From a bacterium (GTDB taxonomy: Bacteria; Fidelibacterota; Marinisomatia; Marinisomatales; UBA1611): 17,978 nucleotides of DNA. The notes beneath the pieces were generated by a model, which did not search any database, was not told where the DNA came from, and saw only the letters and a program-made list of their open reading frames with translations. Where the stretch lies: assembly GCA_038127595.1 (NCBI GenBank), contig JAYPIC010000034.1, forward strand, positions 1 through 17,978. Direction: 5' to 3'. The translations under genes and the position numbers were made by a program. Every line of letters starts with the position of its first letter. The stretch's first letter is position 1. Shown here in pieces: positions 1 through 8,278 of this stretch.

Positions 1-159
1 ATGTTAGGTGTTAAAAGGTCTTTTATTAAAAAAAATGTTGGTCATGATTTTCACTTCGATAATAGTAGGGGGAAAAGTGAGTTAGGATTAAAGTACACAT
101 CTTCGAAAAAAGCTGTCTCAGATTTTTTCCAACAATTCATAGAACACGATTTAATATAA
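1..159 (+). CDS. 3' end of a gene truncated by the window edge; probable NAD-dependent epimerase/dehydratase (dihydroflavonol reductase-like extended SDR)
   Basis: Frame +1 is open from base 1 to TAA at 157-159: MLGVKRSFIKKNVGHDFHFDNSRGKSELGLKYTSSKKAVSDFFQQFIEHDLI*. The 'DNS+xxxELG+xY...+xD' pattern resembles C-termini of DFR-like SDRs. The stop lies 9 nt before the GH30 start. Confidence 0.6.
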   Translation: MLGVKRSFIKKNVGHDFHFDNSRGKSELGLKYTSSKKAVSDFFQQFIEHDLI

Positions 160-168
160 ATCGTTTTT

Positions 169-1608
169 ATGAAACAATTCTTTTTTTTCAGAATAGCTCT
201 TTATATCGCGAGCATTTTTTTTGTTTCCTCATGTAAAAATGAGGGAGAGGTCTATATCAATAAAAATTTAAATGCAGAGTATATAGAATTTTGGTTGAGC
301 GATGAGTCAGAATTTAAAATTTTTTCAAAACAAACAATCGGCGTAGATACGGGAAGAGTCCCGGAAGGTACTTTTGAAAATATTATTATAGACACCAACC
401 AAGTTTATCAGGAAATGGATGGATTTGGATTTGCACTTAATGGTGGAAGTGCTATGCACCTTTTTAACATGGACCAGTCATCAAGATCAGCTCTTTTATA
501 TGAACTGTTTGGGAATGACGAAAACAGTATAAGTGCGTCTTATTTAAGAGTCAGTATTGGGGCATCTGATTTGGATGAATATCCCTTTTCATACAATGAT
601 CTTCCGGATGGGGAAACTGATATTGGGATGGATAATTTTGATTTAGGTTATGATAAATTATATCTTATACCAATTTTAAAGCAAATAATAGAAATTTCCC
701 CTGACATTAAAATAATGGGCTCTCCTTGGTCGCCTCCTGTTTGGATGAAAACAAATAAAAGTACCATAGGGGGAAGTTTGCTTCCAGAATATTATGACGC
801 TTATGCGTTGTATTTTGTAAAATACATTCAGTTAATGAAAAATGAAGGCATCATAATTAGCTCAATCACCATTCAAAACGAACCTCTTCATGATGGAAAT
901 AATCCAAGCATGCACATGACATCATCGGAACAAGCATCATTTATTAGCCAATCTCTTGGTCCTGCATTTTTACATAACCAAATTGATACAAAAATCATAA
1001 TTTATGATCACAATGCAGATAATATTGATTACCCTATTTCGGTTTTAAATAATTCAAACGCACGCCAGTATGTAGATGGAAGCGCATTTCATTTATATGG
1101 TGGTGATATTAATGACCTAAGTGAATTGAAAAATACTCACCCAGATAAAAATTTATATTTTACAGAGCAATGGGTGGGTGCGCCAGGTAATTTGTATGGG
1201 GACCTCCGTTGGCATATTCGAAACCTAATTATTGGTGCTACAAGAAATTGGTGCAAAACAATTATAGAATGGAACTTATCTTCTGATGAAAATCAAAAAC
1301 CACATACTGAGGGAGGGTGCAGTAGCTGTTTAGGTGCTGTAACAATAACTGGGAATAGTGTACAACGGAATACTGCTTATTACGTTATTGCGCATGCCTC
1401 AAAATTCGTTCCACCGGGTTCTGTTCGACTTCATTCATCTAGCTCTTCAACTTTACCAAATGTATCTTTTTTAACACCAGAAGAAAAGATAGTTACTATA
1501 GTTCTTAATGATAGTAGTAATAAAATTAATTTTAACATAATACTGGATGGTAAAGATATACATTCCAGTTTAAATGCAGGTGCAATTGGTACATTTGTTC
1601 TAAATTAG
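169..1608 (+). CDS. Glycoside hydrolase family 30 lipoprotein (glucosylceramidase-like, probably beta-1,6-glucanase type)
   Basis: 479 aa. Lipobox FVSS-C. GH30 motifs Q-EMDGFG, LRVSIGASD, SPWSPPVWMK, acid/base in IQNEP, nucleophile in LYFTEQ, and C-terminal YY-IAHASKFVPPGSVR. Confidence 0.93.
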   Translation: MKQFFFFRIALYIASIFFVSSCKNEGEVYINKNLNAEYIEFWLSDESEFKIFSKQTIGVDTGRVPEGTFENIIIDTNQVYQEMDGFGFALNGGSAMHLFNMDQSSRSALLYELFGNDENSISASYLRVSIGASDLDEYPFSYNDLPDGETDIGMDNFDLGYDKLYLIPILKQIIEISPDIKIMGSPWSPPVWMKTNKSTIGGSLLPEYYDAYALYFVKYIQLMKNEGIIISSITIQNEPLHDGNNPSMHMTSSEQASFISQSLGPAFLHNQIDTKIIIYDHNADNIDYPISVLNNSNARQYVDGSAFHLYGGDINDLSELKNTHPDKNLYFTEQWVGAPGNLYGDLRWHIRNLIIGATRNWCKTIIEWNLSSDENQKPHTEGGCSSCLGAVTITGNSVQRNTAYYVIAHASKFVPPGSVRLHSSSSSTLPNVSFLTPEEKIVTIVLNDSSNKINFNIILDGKDIHSSLNAGAIGTFVLN

Positions 1609-1629
1609 AGGAATTGATTAATTTTTTTT

Positions 1630-2256
1630 ATGAGATTAATTAAAGAATCTTGCGTTGAAACATATGATGAAGCAATGAATGCTGAAATCCGAGGAGCTGA
1701 TAGGATTGAACTTTGCTCTAGACTTGACTTAGATGGCTTAACGCCCTCAAAAGAACTGGTTAAAAGATTGGTCAGTGATTTGACCATACCGATAAAGGTA
1801 ATGGTAAGGCCTCGGAAAGGTGATTTTTGCTATTCTAATGAAGAGATCAATCAAATGCATAATGATATATTAGATTTTAAATCTTTGGGCATTTTTGGGG
1901 TTGTTTTTGGCGCTTTAGAATATGATAAAACAGTAGATATCAATGTTGTTAATGAATTAGTGTCCACATCAAATGGACTGGATGTAACATTTCATAAAGC
2001 AATTGATCAAACTAATGATTTACTTGATTCATATAAAAATTTACTCTTGCATACAAAAATAAACTCCGTTTTAACATCTGGTGGAGCTAAAAGCGCTGTT
2101 CATGGCTACAAGACATTAAAAAAAATGCTTAATATCAAATCAGACAAAGTTAGAATTATAATTGCAGGATCAATTACTCATGATAACTTATTGGAGGTGC
2201 ATAATTTAATAGGCGGTGTTGAATATCATGGCAGGAGAATTATTGACATTTCCTAA
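1630..2256 (+). CDS. cutC: CutC family TIM-barrel protein
   Basis: 208 aa with GADRIELC, GLTPS, VMVRPRKGDFCYS, GVVFGAL, VTFHKAID, VLTSGG and EYHG motifs. Confidence 0.95.
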   Translation: MRLIKESCVETYDEAMNAEIRGADRIELCSRLDLDGLTPSKELVKRLVSDLTIPIKVMVRPRKGDFCYSNEEINQMHNDILDFKSLGIFGVVFGALEYDKTVDINVVNELVSTSNGLDVTFHKAIDQTNDLLDSYKNLLLHTKINSVLTSGGAKSAVHGYKTLKKMLNIKSDKVRIIIAGSITHDNLLEVHNLIGGVEYHGRRIIDIS

Positions 2257-2323
2257 TACTGCAAAAATTAGTTTAAATTGGAATAGGGATAATTAGAATA
2301 GCAGTGGTTTTAAAAATAATAAT

Positions 2324-2482
2324 ATGAATGCTACAATTGGATATTTCATAGGATTTGCTCTAGGGTGTATAGCTATGTTCATTGCTATAAAACTTGATTT
2401 TTCATCTATTGCAAAGATGATTTTAATTTTTTCGCTACTCATTGGGAGCGTTATAATTAGTTGGGCTGGTGATGAAAAGTAG
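2324..2482 (+). CDS. Small (52 aa) two-helix membrane protein, not in the ORF track
   Basis: ATG 2324 to TAG 2480-2482: MNATIGYFIGFALGCIAMFIAIKLDFSSIAKMILIFSLLIGSVIISWAGDEK. Two hydrophobic segments joined by a short polar linker. Fills most of the intergenic gap and overlaps the next ATG (2472) by 11 nt. Confidence 0.7.
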   Translation: MNATIGYFIGFALGCIAMFIAIKLDFSSIAKMILIFSLLIGSVIISWAGDEK

Positions 2483-3275
2483 TTTATCTAGATTTTTATT
2501 TACCATAGTATTTTTAAGCCTATCATCTTGCAACATTGATGAGATTCCTCCTGAGGTAGTTAGTGATGTTCGAGGTTGGTTTACAATTGAAAGCAACAAC
2601 ATTGGTGTTAACCTAGCTTGGAGTGAGGTTTCGGATGATGATATTGATAAATACATAATATTTAAATCAACCGGTAATTCAGTTCTACAAGAAATTGGCG
2701 AAACAAAATTAAATTATTTTAAAGATAGTAATGTTGAATGGCTTGAAAGCTATCAGTATTTTATAAGATCTGTAGATGATATTGGCAATGAAAGTGAACT
2801 TTCTGATTCTGTTCTGGTCCGCGTTTATAGTGCGAGCGGTAATTGGGAATTATCTGATTACGATTCAACTTATTTATGTATAGATCATAATCAAGTAATT
2901 TCAACATCATCTGGGTCTTTTCAACAGAGAGGTTATTTTCTTACAGATGGTTATGAGCTTGTCATAAATGATGACTCTAATGATTCTACATCCTCTGTTG
3001 GTGATACTATTATATCAAAAATGCTTTTCTCTTCATGCAACCTAGATTCAAATACGTGGGCTGGAAACGGCTGGATGACCTTTCAAACTACTGTTTTAGA
3101 TACAACAATTCTAGGGGATACAGTTAATATTACTAATAATAATTTTCCAGTTTATTTTGATATGAGACTATTGGATCCACAATCTGGAGAAATTGACTTC
3201 AGTTCTCCGCTGTTTCCTGATTTAAGATTAAAACATGCACTTCAATACTGTAATGGAAATGATATATTTAATTAA
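2472..3275 (+). CDS. Lipoprotein with an N-terminal fibronectin type III domain and an unknown Asp/Ser/Thr-rich C-terminal domain
   Basis: ATG 2472 preferred over GTG 2469. Lipobox LSLSS-C. FN3 pattern VNLAW...YIIFKS...FKDSNV...YQYFIRSVDDIGNES. Confidence 0.85.
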   Translation: MKSSLSRFLFTIVFLSLSSCNIDEIPPEVVSDVRGWFTIESNNIGVNLAWSEVSDDDIDKYIIFKSTGNSVLQEIGETKLNYFKDSNVEWLESYQYFIRSVDDIGNESELSDSVLVRVYSASGNWELSDYDSTYLCIDHNQVISTSSGSFQQRGYFLTDGYELVINDDSNDSTSSVGDTIISKMLFSSCNLDSNTWAGNGWMTFQTTVLDTTILGDTVNITNNNFPVYFDMRLLDPQSGEIDFSSPLFPDLRLKHALQYCNGNDIFN

Positions 3276-6200
3276 TTTCCAGTAGCGCATTCTTGATTTG
3301 ACTCCGGTCCAATCGTACCATGCTCATTAACCGCTCTTATTTTAAAACAATTTTGCACGCCAATTTCGCCTTCAAAAGTATATGTTGTAGTTTCTATCTC
3401 AAGAGTGTTTGGAAGATCATCTACGTAAATTTTATATGATGTGGCACTAGCAACAGAACTCCAATTTAAAATAAAACTAGTAGTATCTGCTTCAACAGAT
3501 AATGTCGGTGCGAGAAGCTGAGTATGAGTAATAAGTTCAATTGGATTTGACTGAGGCCCTTCTTCACCAGAAAGGTCAAAGCTGGAAATTGTATAATTGT
3601 ATACAGTCTCATAGTTAAGATTATCATCTAAGAAGGTAAGTTCTGATCCGTTATAAATGATAGTCCCATTCCGAAATAAGTTATACTCACTTGCTCCTTC
3701 AACATTTGACCAGCTCAATTGGATCGTGTTTTGTGATATTAATCCAGTAAAATTATCAGGTGTCCCTATATAAGGTTTATCACAAGTTGATTGTGATAAT
3801 GGACTAGAAATACCATTACTATTTAGTGCTGCAATTTTGTAACAATATGTTGTATTAGGAGAAGTCGTTTGGTCTATGTAACTAGTTTCAAACGTTGAAC
3901 CAATTATAACATCATCTCTCAGTATTAAGAACTGCTCTGCGCCAATAGGAGAATCCCATGAAAGTCCAATAGATTCTATGTAACGAGTTGTATTTAAAAA
4001 AGAAGGAGCGAGTAACTCAACTTCTGTTAATAGCTCCAGGGGGCTTGATTGAGGTCCTTCTTCTCCAATGTCATCCATACAAGATATTGTGTAATTATAA
4101 GTGGTGGCAAATGATAAATTTGCATCTGTATAGTTTAATGCATCACCGGTGTAAATTAAATTGCCATCCCTGTATAGTCTGTATTGATTAGCCTCTAGGA
4201 CATTAGACCAGGTTAATCGTATTGTATCCTGAGATATTGCTCCAGTAAAATTACTTGGTGGAGCAATGAGTGCTTTTTCGCATTCAGTGCTTGATAGTGG
4301 CCCTGAAATAGCATAGCTGTTTACGGCAGATATTTGATAGCAGTAAAAAACTCCTGAGGTTATATTTCTGTCAATGTAATTGTTATTGATTGTTGAGGCT
4401 ATTGTATCACCATCTCTGATAACAAGAAATTGCTCTGCTTCATATGGGATATCCCAAGATAAACCTATCGAATCAACATATCTTTCTGTGTTTAAAAACG
4501 ATATTGACTCATTATAGTAGTTATCTACAATTACGTATATGGATTGCGCATTAGTTTCGTTTTCACTACTATCTATAGCTTTTGCACTAATTATGTGGTT
4601 ACTATTATTGGGATACTCATATGTATTCCATGTAGCAACATATGGACTGTCAGTTAAAGTGAAGTTTAAAGAATCATCAATGGTTACTACCACACTACTA
4701 ATGCCTACATTATCATTAGCAAATACTCTAATTTGGGTAGAGTCTCTAACAGTGGTACCTGAAATAGGTGATAAAATGGAGATAACAGGTGGTACTAGAT
4801 CTACAAACTCTGTATTATTGTTGACAACTACAGCCACAGATGGCACATTAAAAAAGTTACCGGCTTCATCATTTATTCTTGCGGATATAAAATATTGCTC
4901 ATCCTCAGTAATGTCAGTGTCTAATGTATTCCATATGTAGGAATATGGAGCATTTGCAATGGAAGTTTCGTTAACAAAGGTAGAATCGTTCTCTCCGTTT
5001 ATGAATACATTGACCGAGGAAACTCCAACGTTATCAGTTGCATAGATTAAGATTTCTACTTGTCCATTAACAACCTGTCCAGCATATGGCTGAGCTATGT
5101 AACCGCTTGGCGATAACTCGTCAATATTATCAACTATAACCATTATAGATTCGCTTTGATTGATAAGACCGCTAGTATCATAGGCTTTTACAAACCATAT
5201 ATGCTCTCCTTCAGAAGTGCCTTCATTAATTGTATTCCAGCTCGCTTCATAAGGGAAATTAGAATCCGTTAAATAAAGGATCCCATTCAAGTAAAACTCA
5301 ATTTTTTCAATTGAAATATTATCAAATGCAGCAACATTTATAATCACATTTCCACTAACAATTTGATTTGAAGCTGGGCTAGTGATCACCGCGGAAGGAG
5401 GTGTTATATCCGTGATTATATTTTCTTCATTGTCTACAAAGACAGTAACAGGCATTAGATTAGTTGTGTTACCGCTGGTATCGGTTACGGTAGCAGCTAT
5501 GAAATGATTCGCATCTTCCTCAACCTCATCTACAGTAGTATTCCACGTAAATTCATATGGAGATGTATAATCCGATTGAGGGTTTGTTCCATCAATAATG
5601 AGGTCAACTTTTTCTACTTTTTCATTATCAAATGCATCAACCTGAATTGTAATGATTCCAGATACAATTGCAGCCATAGGTGGATAAACTATTGTGCCAG
5701 TTGGTGGTGTAGTATCGTATTGTATATTTTCCTCGTTGTCCACTGTTACACTAATGGGTCCTAAAGTAATATAGTTACCACTGGCGTCATTAACTTTTAA
5801 GCTAATCACATAAGAGTAATCATCAAATTCTAGATTAGTGTTCCATTCGTAAATATGTGGCGCTGATGTGCTCACACCAACAGAATCACCATTAATGTAA
5901 AAAATAACGGATGCTAAAGAGTCATTATCAGATGCATCAGCAATGATACTAACAATTCCACTAAGGATTTGACCACTAAATGGATATAAGAAAGAACCAG
6001 ATGGTTTAATATTGTCATTATTATCTACCATTACCCTAATTGGACTTGTTTGGTTATCATTTCCTGCAAAATCCACTGCTCTAGCTAGTAGATTATGGTA
6101 TTCATCTTCCTCGTAATCATTTGTATTCCATTTATACTCGTAAGGTGATTTTGCAGAGTCAAGTACTAGTGAATCATTTATATAAAGCTGCACTATATTT

Positions 6201-6388
6201 ACTTCATCATTATCAGAGGCATACATAGTTACTAAAACTGTATCTGATAAAACTCCTTGATCTGCAGGATTAGTAATCTCTATTAACGGAGCAGTCGTAT
6301 CCGGTTCTGGTGGTATTTCAAAAATTGGACCTTCGCAGCTTAAAATAAAAAATACAATTAAAATTATATGTTTGATAGATAGCTTCAT
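3272..6388 (-). CDS. Large surface lipoprotein: six bacterial Ig-like (Big_7-like) repeats followed by five FN3 domains
   Basis: 1038 aa. Lipobox FILS-C. Six ~95-105 aa repeats (DxxxP...P..G..vsG...A.DN....V...I.g......PY...WNT......D..GN.....V.VDN), then five FN3 units (L.W...A..Y/F...R.G......Y.D......Y.Y.I...N/D..G.E/S...S). Confidence 0.9.
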   Translation of the reverse strand: MKLSIKHIILIVFFILSCEGPIFEIPPEPDTTAPLIEITNPADQGVLSDTVLVTMYASDNDEVNIVQLYINDSLVLDSAKSPYEYKWNTNDYEEDEYHNLLARAVDFAGNDNQTSPIRVMVDNNDNIKPSGSFLYPFSGQILSGIVSIIADASDNDSLASVIFYINGDSVGVSTSAPHIYEWNTNLEFDDYSYVISLKVNDASGNYITLGPISVTVDNEENIQYDTTPPTGTIVYPPMAAIVSGIITIQVDAFDNEKVEKVDLIIDGTNPQSDYTSPYEFTWNTTVDEVEEDANHFIAATVTDTSGNTTNLMPVTVFVDNEENIITDITPPSAVITSPASNQIVSGNVIINVAAFDNISIEKIEFYLNGILYLTDSNFPYEASWNTINEGTSEGEHIWFVKAYDTSGLINQSESIMVIVDNIDELSPSGYIAQPYAGQVVNGQVEILIYATDNVGVSSVNVFINGENDSTFVNETSIANAPYSYIWNTLDTDITEDEQYFISARINDEAGNFFNVPSVAVVVNNNTEFVDLVPPVISILSPISGTTVRDSTQIRVFANDNVGISSVVVTIDDSLNFTLTDSPYVATWNTYEYPNNSNHIISAKAIDSSENETNAQSIYVIVDNYYNESISFLNTERYVDSIGLSWDIPYEAEQFLVIRDGDTIASTINNNYIDRNITSGVFYCYQISAVNSYAISGPLSSTECEKALIAPPSNFTGAISQDTIRLTWSNVLEANQYRLYRDGNLIYTGDALNYTDANLSFATTYNYTISCMDDIGEEGPQSSPLELLTEVELLAPSFLNTTRYIESIGLSWDSPIGAEQFLILRDDVIIGSTFETSYIDQTTSPNTTYCYKIAALNSNGISSPLSQSTCDKPYIGTPDNFTGLISQNTIQLSWSNVEGASEYNLFRNGTIIYNGSELTFLDDNLNYETVYNYTISSFDLSGEEGPQSNPIELITHTQLLAPTLSVEADTTSFILNWSSVASATSYKIYVDDLPNTLEIETTTYTFEGEIGVQNCFKIRAVNEHGTIGPESNQECATGN
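3520..4513 (-). repeat. Degenerate tandem duplication of an FN3 domain pair, period 498 nt (166 aa); boundaries approximate
   Basis: SFLNTERYVDSIGLSWD...AEQFL recurs as SFLNTTRYIESIGLSWD...AEQFL, and GEEGPQS occurs twice. DNA anchors tttaaaaa at 4491/3993 and ga(t/c)tgagg(t/c)ccttcttc at 4047/3549 are both 498 nt apart. Confidence 0.9.
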
Positions 6389-8269
6389 TTAATTTGCTAC
6401 AATGACAAGGATTGGTTGGGAAAAAGATGTATTCCCGGCTGTGTCAATAACAATTGCTGAAAGAGCATGTTCATCGCCATGAGCTCCAATATTAGAGCTA
6501 GTATCCCATGAGTAAGAATATGGTTCCTCCGTTACGACACCTAAAGAATAACCATCAATGAAAAACTCAACTTGAGCTATACCAACATTGTCATCAACAT
6601 TTACAGCAAAATTTATCGTGCCAGACACTGTTTGTCCGCTAACAGGGTTTGAAATACTTATGGTAGGTGGAACATTATCATTTGGTATATTGTTTACAAA
6701 AACACTAATTGATGGAATTTCAAACTGATTTCCTGCTAAATCTGTAACGATAGAGCCAATAATATGATTTGCATCTTCAAATTCAAATTCAGTATTCCAA
6801 TCATATTCATATGGTTCTTCATTATCTGAGTACACTAGCACGCTATTGATAAAAAAGTCTACAGAATCAATACCAAAATTGTCTTCAGCTAAAACAGAGA
6901 TAGTCTGTTGGCCAGATATAATTTGCCCCGCATAGGGGTACATTATTAGACCAAATGGATTAATGTTATCATAATTATCTAGGTGTACCGTTATAGCTGT
7001 GCTCGGACCCTCGTTACCAACTTCATCGTACGCTATGATAGATATAACGTAATTTTCATCATCTGGCAGAGAATCAGTGTTCCATAAATAGTTATAGTCT
7101 GGTGCAATGCTGTCTGTGTATACAATTTGACTATTAATATAAAATTCAACCTTATCTATCTCTATGTTATCGATCACTAGAGTTTCAACTAATACATTCC
7201 CACTTACTGTTTGACCTGAAGCTGGTTCAGTGATAACAGCAGTAGGGTGTATATCATCTTGATCTATGTTATCAACTATTACGCTTATTGGCGTGAGAAC
7301 TGTGCTATTATTCCATCCATCAACTAATATCACTTGAACAACGTGCTCGCCCTCTGACTCTGTAGTTGTATTCCAATCATAAGAAGCGCTGCAACTAGGT
7401 CCACTGCAATCATATGTTCCATCCAAATTACCATCTATGTAAAATTCTATGTAATCCACTAATTGGTCATCAGCTGCAGTTACTTGAATAGATGCATTAC
7501 CATACACTGTCGATCCAGCTGGTGGACTAGTCAGTGCGCCAGTAGGAGGTGTAACATCTACTGGTAATTGATTATTTACAGTTACACTAATTGGTGGAAT
7601 GGTAGTTCTATTATTGTCTACATCAACAATAACGGCATAAATAGAGTACACTAAATCGTCTGGCTCTAACTCAGTATTCCAATTGTAATTAAATGGTTCT
7701 GATAAATGAGTGATTTTTATTTCATTATTAATGAAAATACTAACATATTGAATGGCTTTATTATCAGTAGCCTCAACCTCAATTGAAACCAGTCCATTAA
7801 CAGTTTGACCAGTTATTGGATTTTTGATATAACCAAAAGGGGATTCATCATCTTGATTATCAAGTTTCACTATTACTGGGGCAGCAATGTAGCTATTTCC
7901 AACTAGGTCAACTGCTTTAAAGGTGATGAAATAATTTTCATTTTCTATCCATTCTGAATTTTGAGTATTCCATCTGCCCTGCCAAATATCGTTTGATACA
8001 TTAGTAGTAGAATCAACATTTCTATATTTTGTATCTGATTGCGATTTTATCATAAAGTAAACAGTATCAACCTCTTCATTATCAATGGCGATGACTTGAA
8101 GAGAAGTATTACCAGATACGGAAGAACCATTTAACGGACTTACTATGTATCCAGAGGGAGCAGTGGTATCAGGTAATTGAATAATTGTTGGTTCATTAGT
8201 TGTGCACGAAAAAAACATAATGACAACAAAAAATAAAATATTTTGAATTATTTGTTTTAAATGAGCCAT
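6389..8269 (-). CDS. Surface lipoprotein made of six bacterial Ig-like (Big_7-like) repeats
   Basis: 626 aa. Lipobox MFFS-C22. Six repeats with the same consensus as the neighbouring gene. Its TAA abuts the next ATG (TAAATG). Confidence 0.9.
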   Translation of the reverse strand: MAHLKQIIQNILFFVVIMFFSCTTNEPTIIQLPDTTAPSGYIVSPLNGSSVSGNTSLQVIAIDNEEVDTVYFMIKSQSDTKYRNVDSTTNVSNDIWQGRWNTQNSEWIENENYFITFKAVDLVGNSYIAAPVIVKLDNQDDESPFGYIKNPITGQTVNGLVSIEVEATDNKAIQYVSIFINNEIKITHLSEPFNYNWNTELEPDDLVYSIYAVIVDVDNNRTTIPPISVTVNNQLPVDVTPPTGALTSPPAGSTVYGNASIQVTAADDQLVDYIEFYIDGNLDGTYDCSGPSCSASYDWNTTTESEGEHVVQVILVDGWNNSTVLTPISVIVDNIDQDDIHPTAVITEPASGQTVSGNVLVETLVIDNIEIDKVEFYINSQIVYTDSIAPDYNYLWNTDSLPDDENYVISIIAYDEVGNEGPSTAITVHLDNYDNINPFGLIMYPYAGQIISGQQTISVLAEDNFGIDSVDFFINSVLVYSDNEEPYEYDWNTEFEFEDANHIIGSIVTDLAGNQFEIPSISVFVNNIPNDNVPPTISISNPVSGQTVSGTINFAVNVDDNVGIAQVEFFIDGYSLGVVTEEPYSYSWDTSSNIGAHGDEHALSAIVIDTAGNTSFSQPILVIVAN

Positions 8270-8278
8270 TAGATTTTA

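Noticed and set aside
2243..2274. Perfect TTGACA at the end of cutC
   Set aside because: No acceptable -10 hexamer at 16-18 nt spacing.
1605..2656. Minus-strand ORFs 1605..1787 and 2435..2656
   Set aside because: Antisense to cutC and the FN3 lipoprotein, with no protein-like motifs.
3988..5764. Plus-strand ORFs 3988..4191, 4539..4940 and 5504..5764
   Set aside because: Antisense shadows within the 1038-aa lipoprotein gene.
3272..8269. The two Ig genes are in frame across TAA-ATG, suggesting one split or read-through giant gene
   Set aside because: The downstream gene has its own complete signal peptide and lipobox, and the upstream one ends exactly at a repeat boundary. Translational coupling explains the junction.
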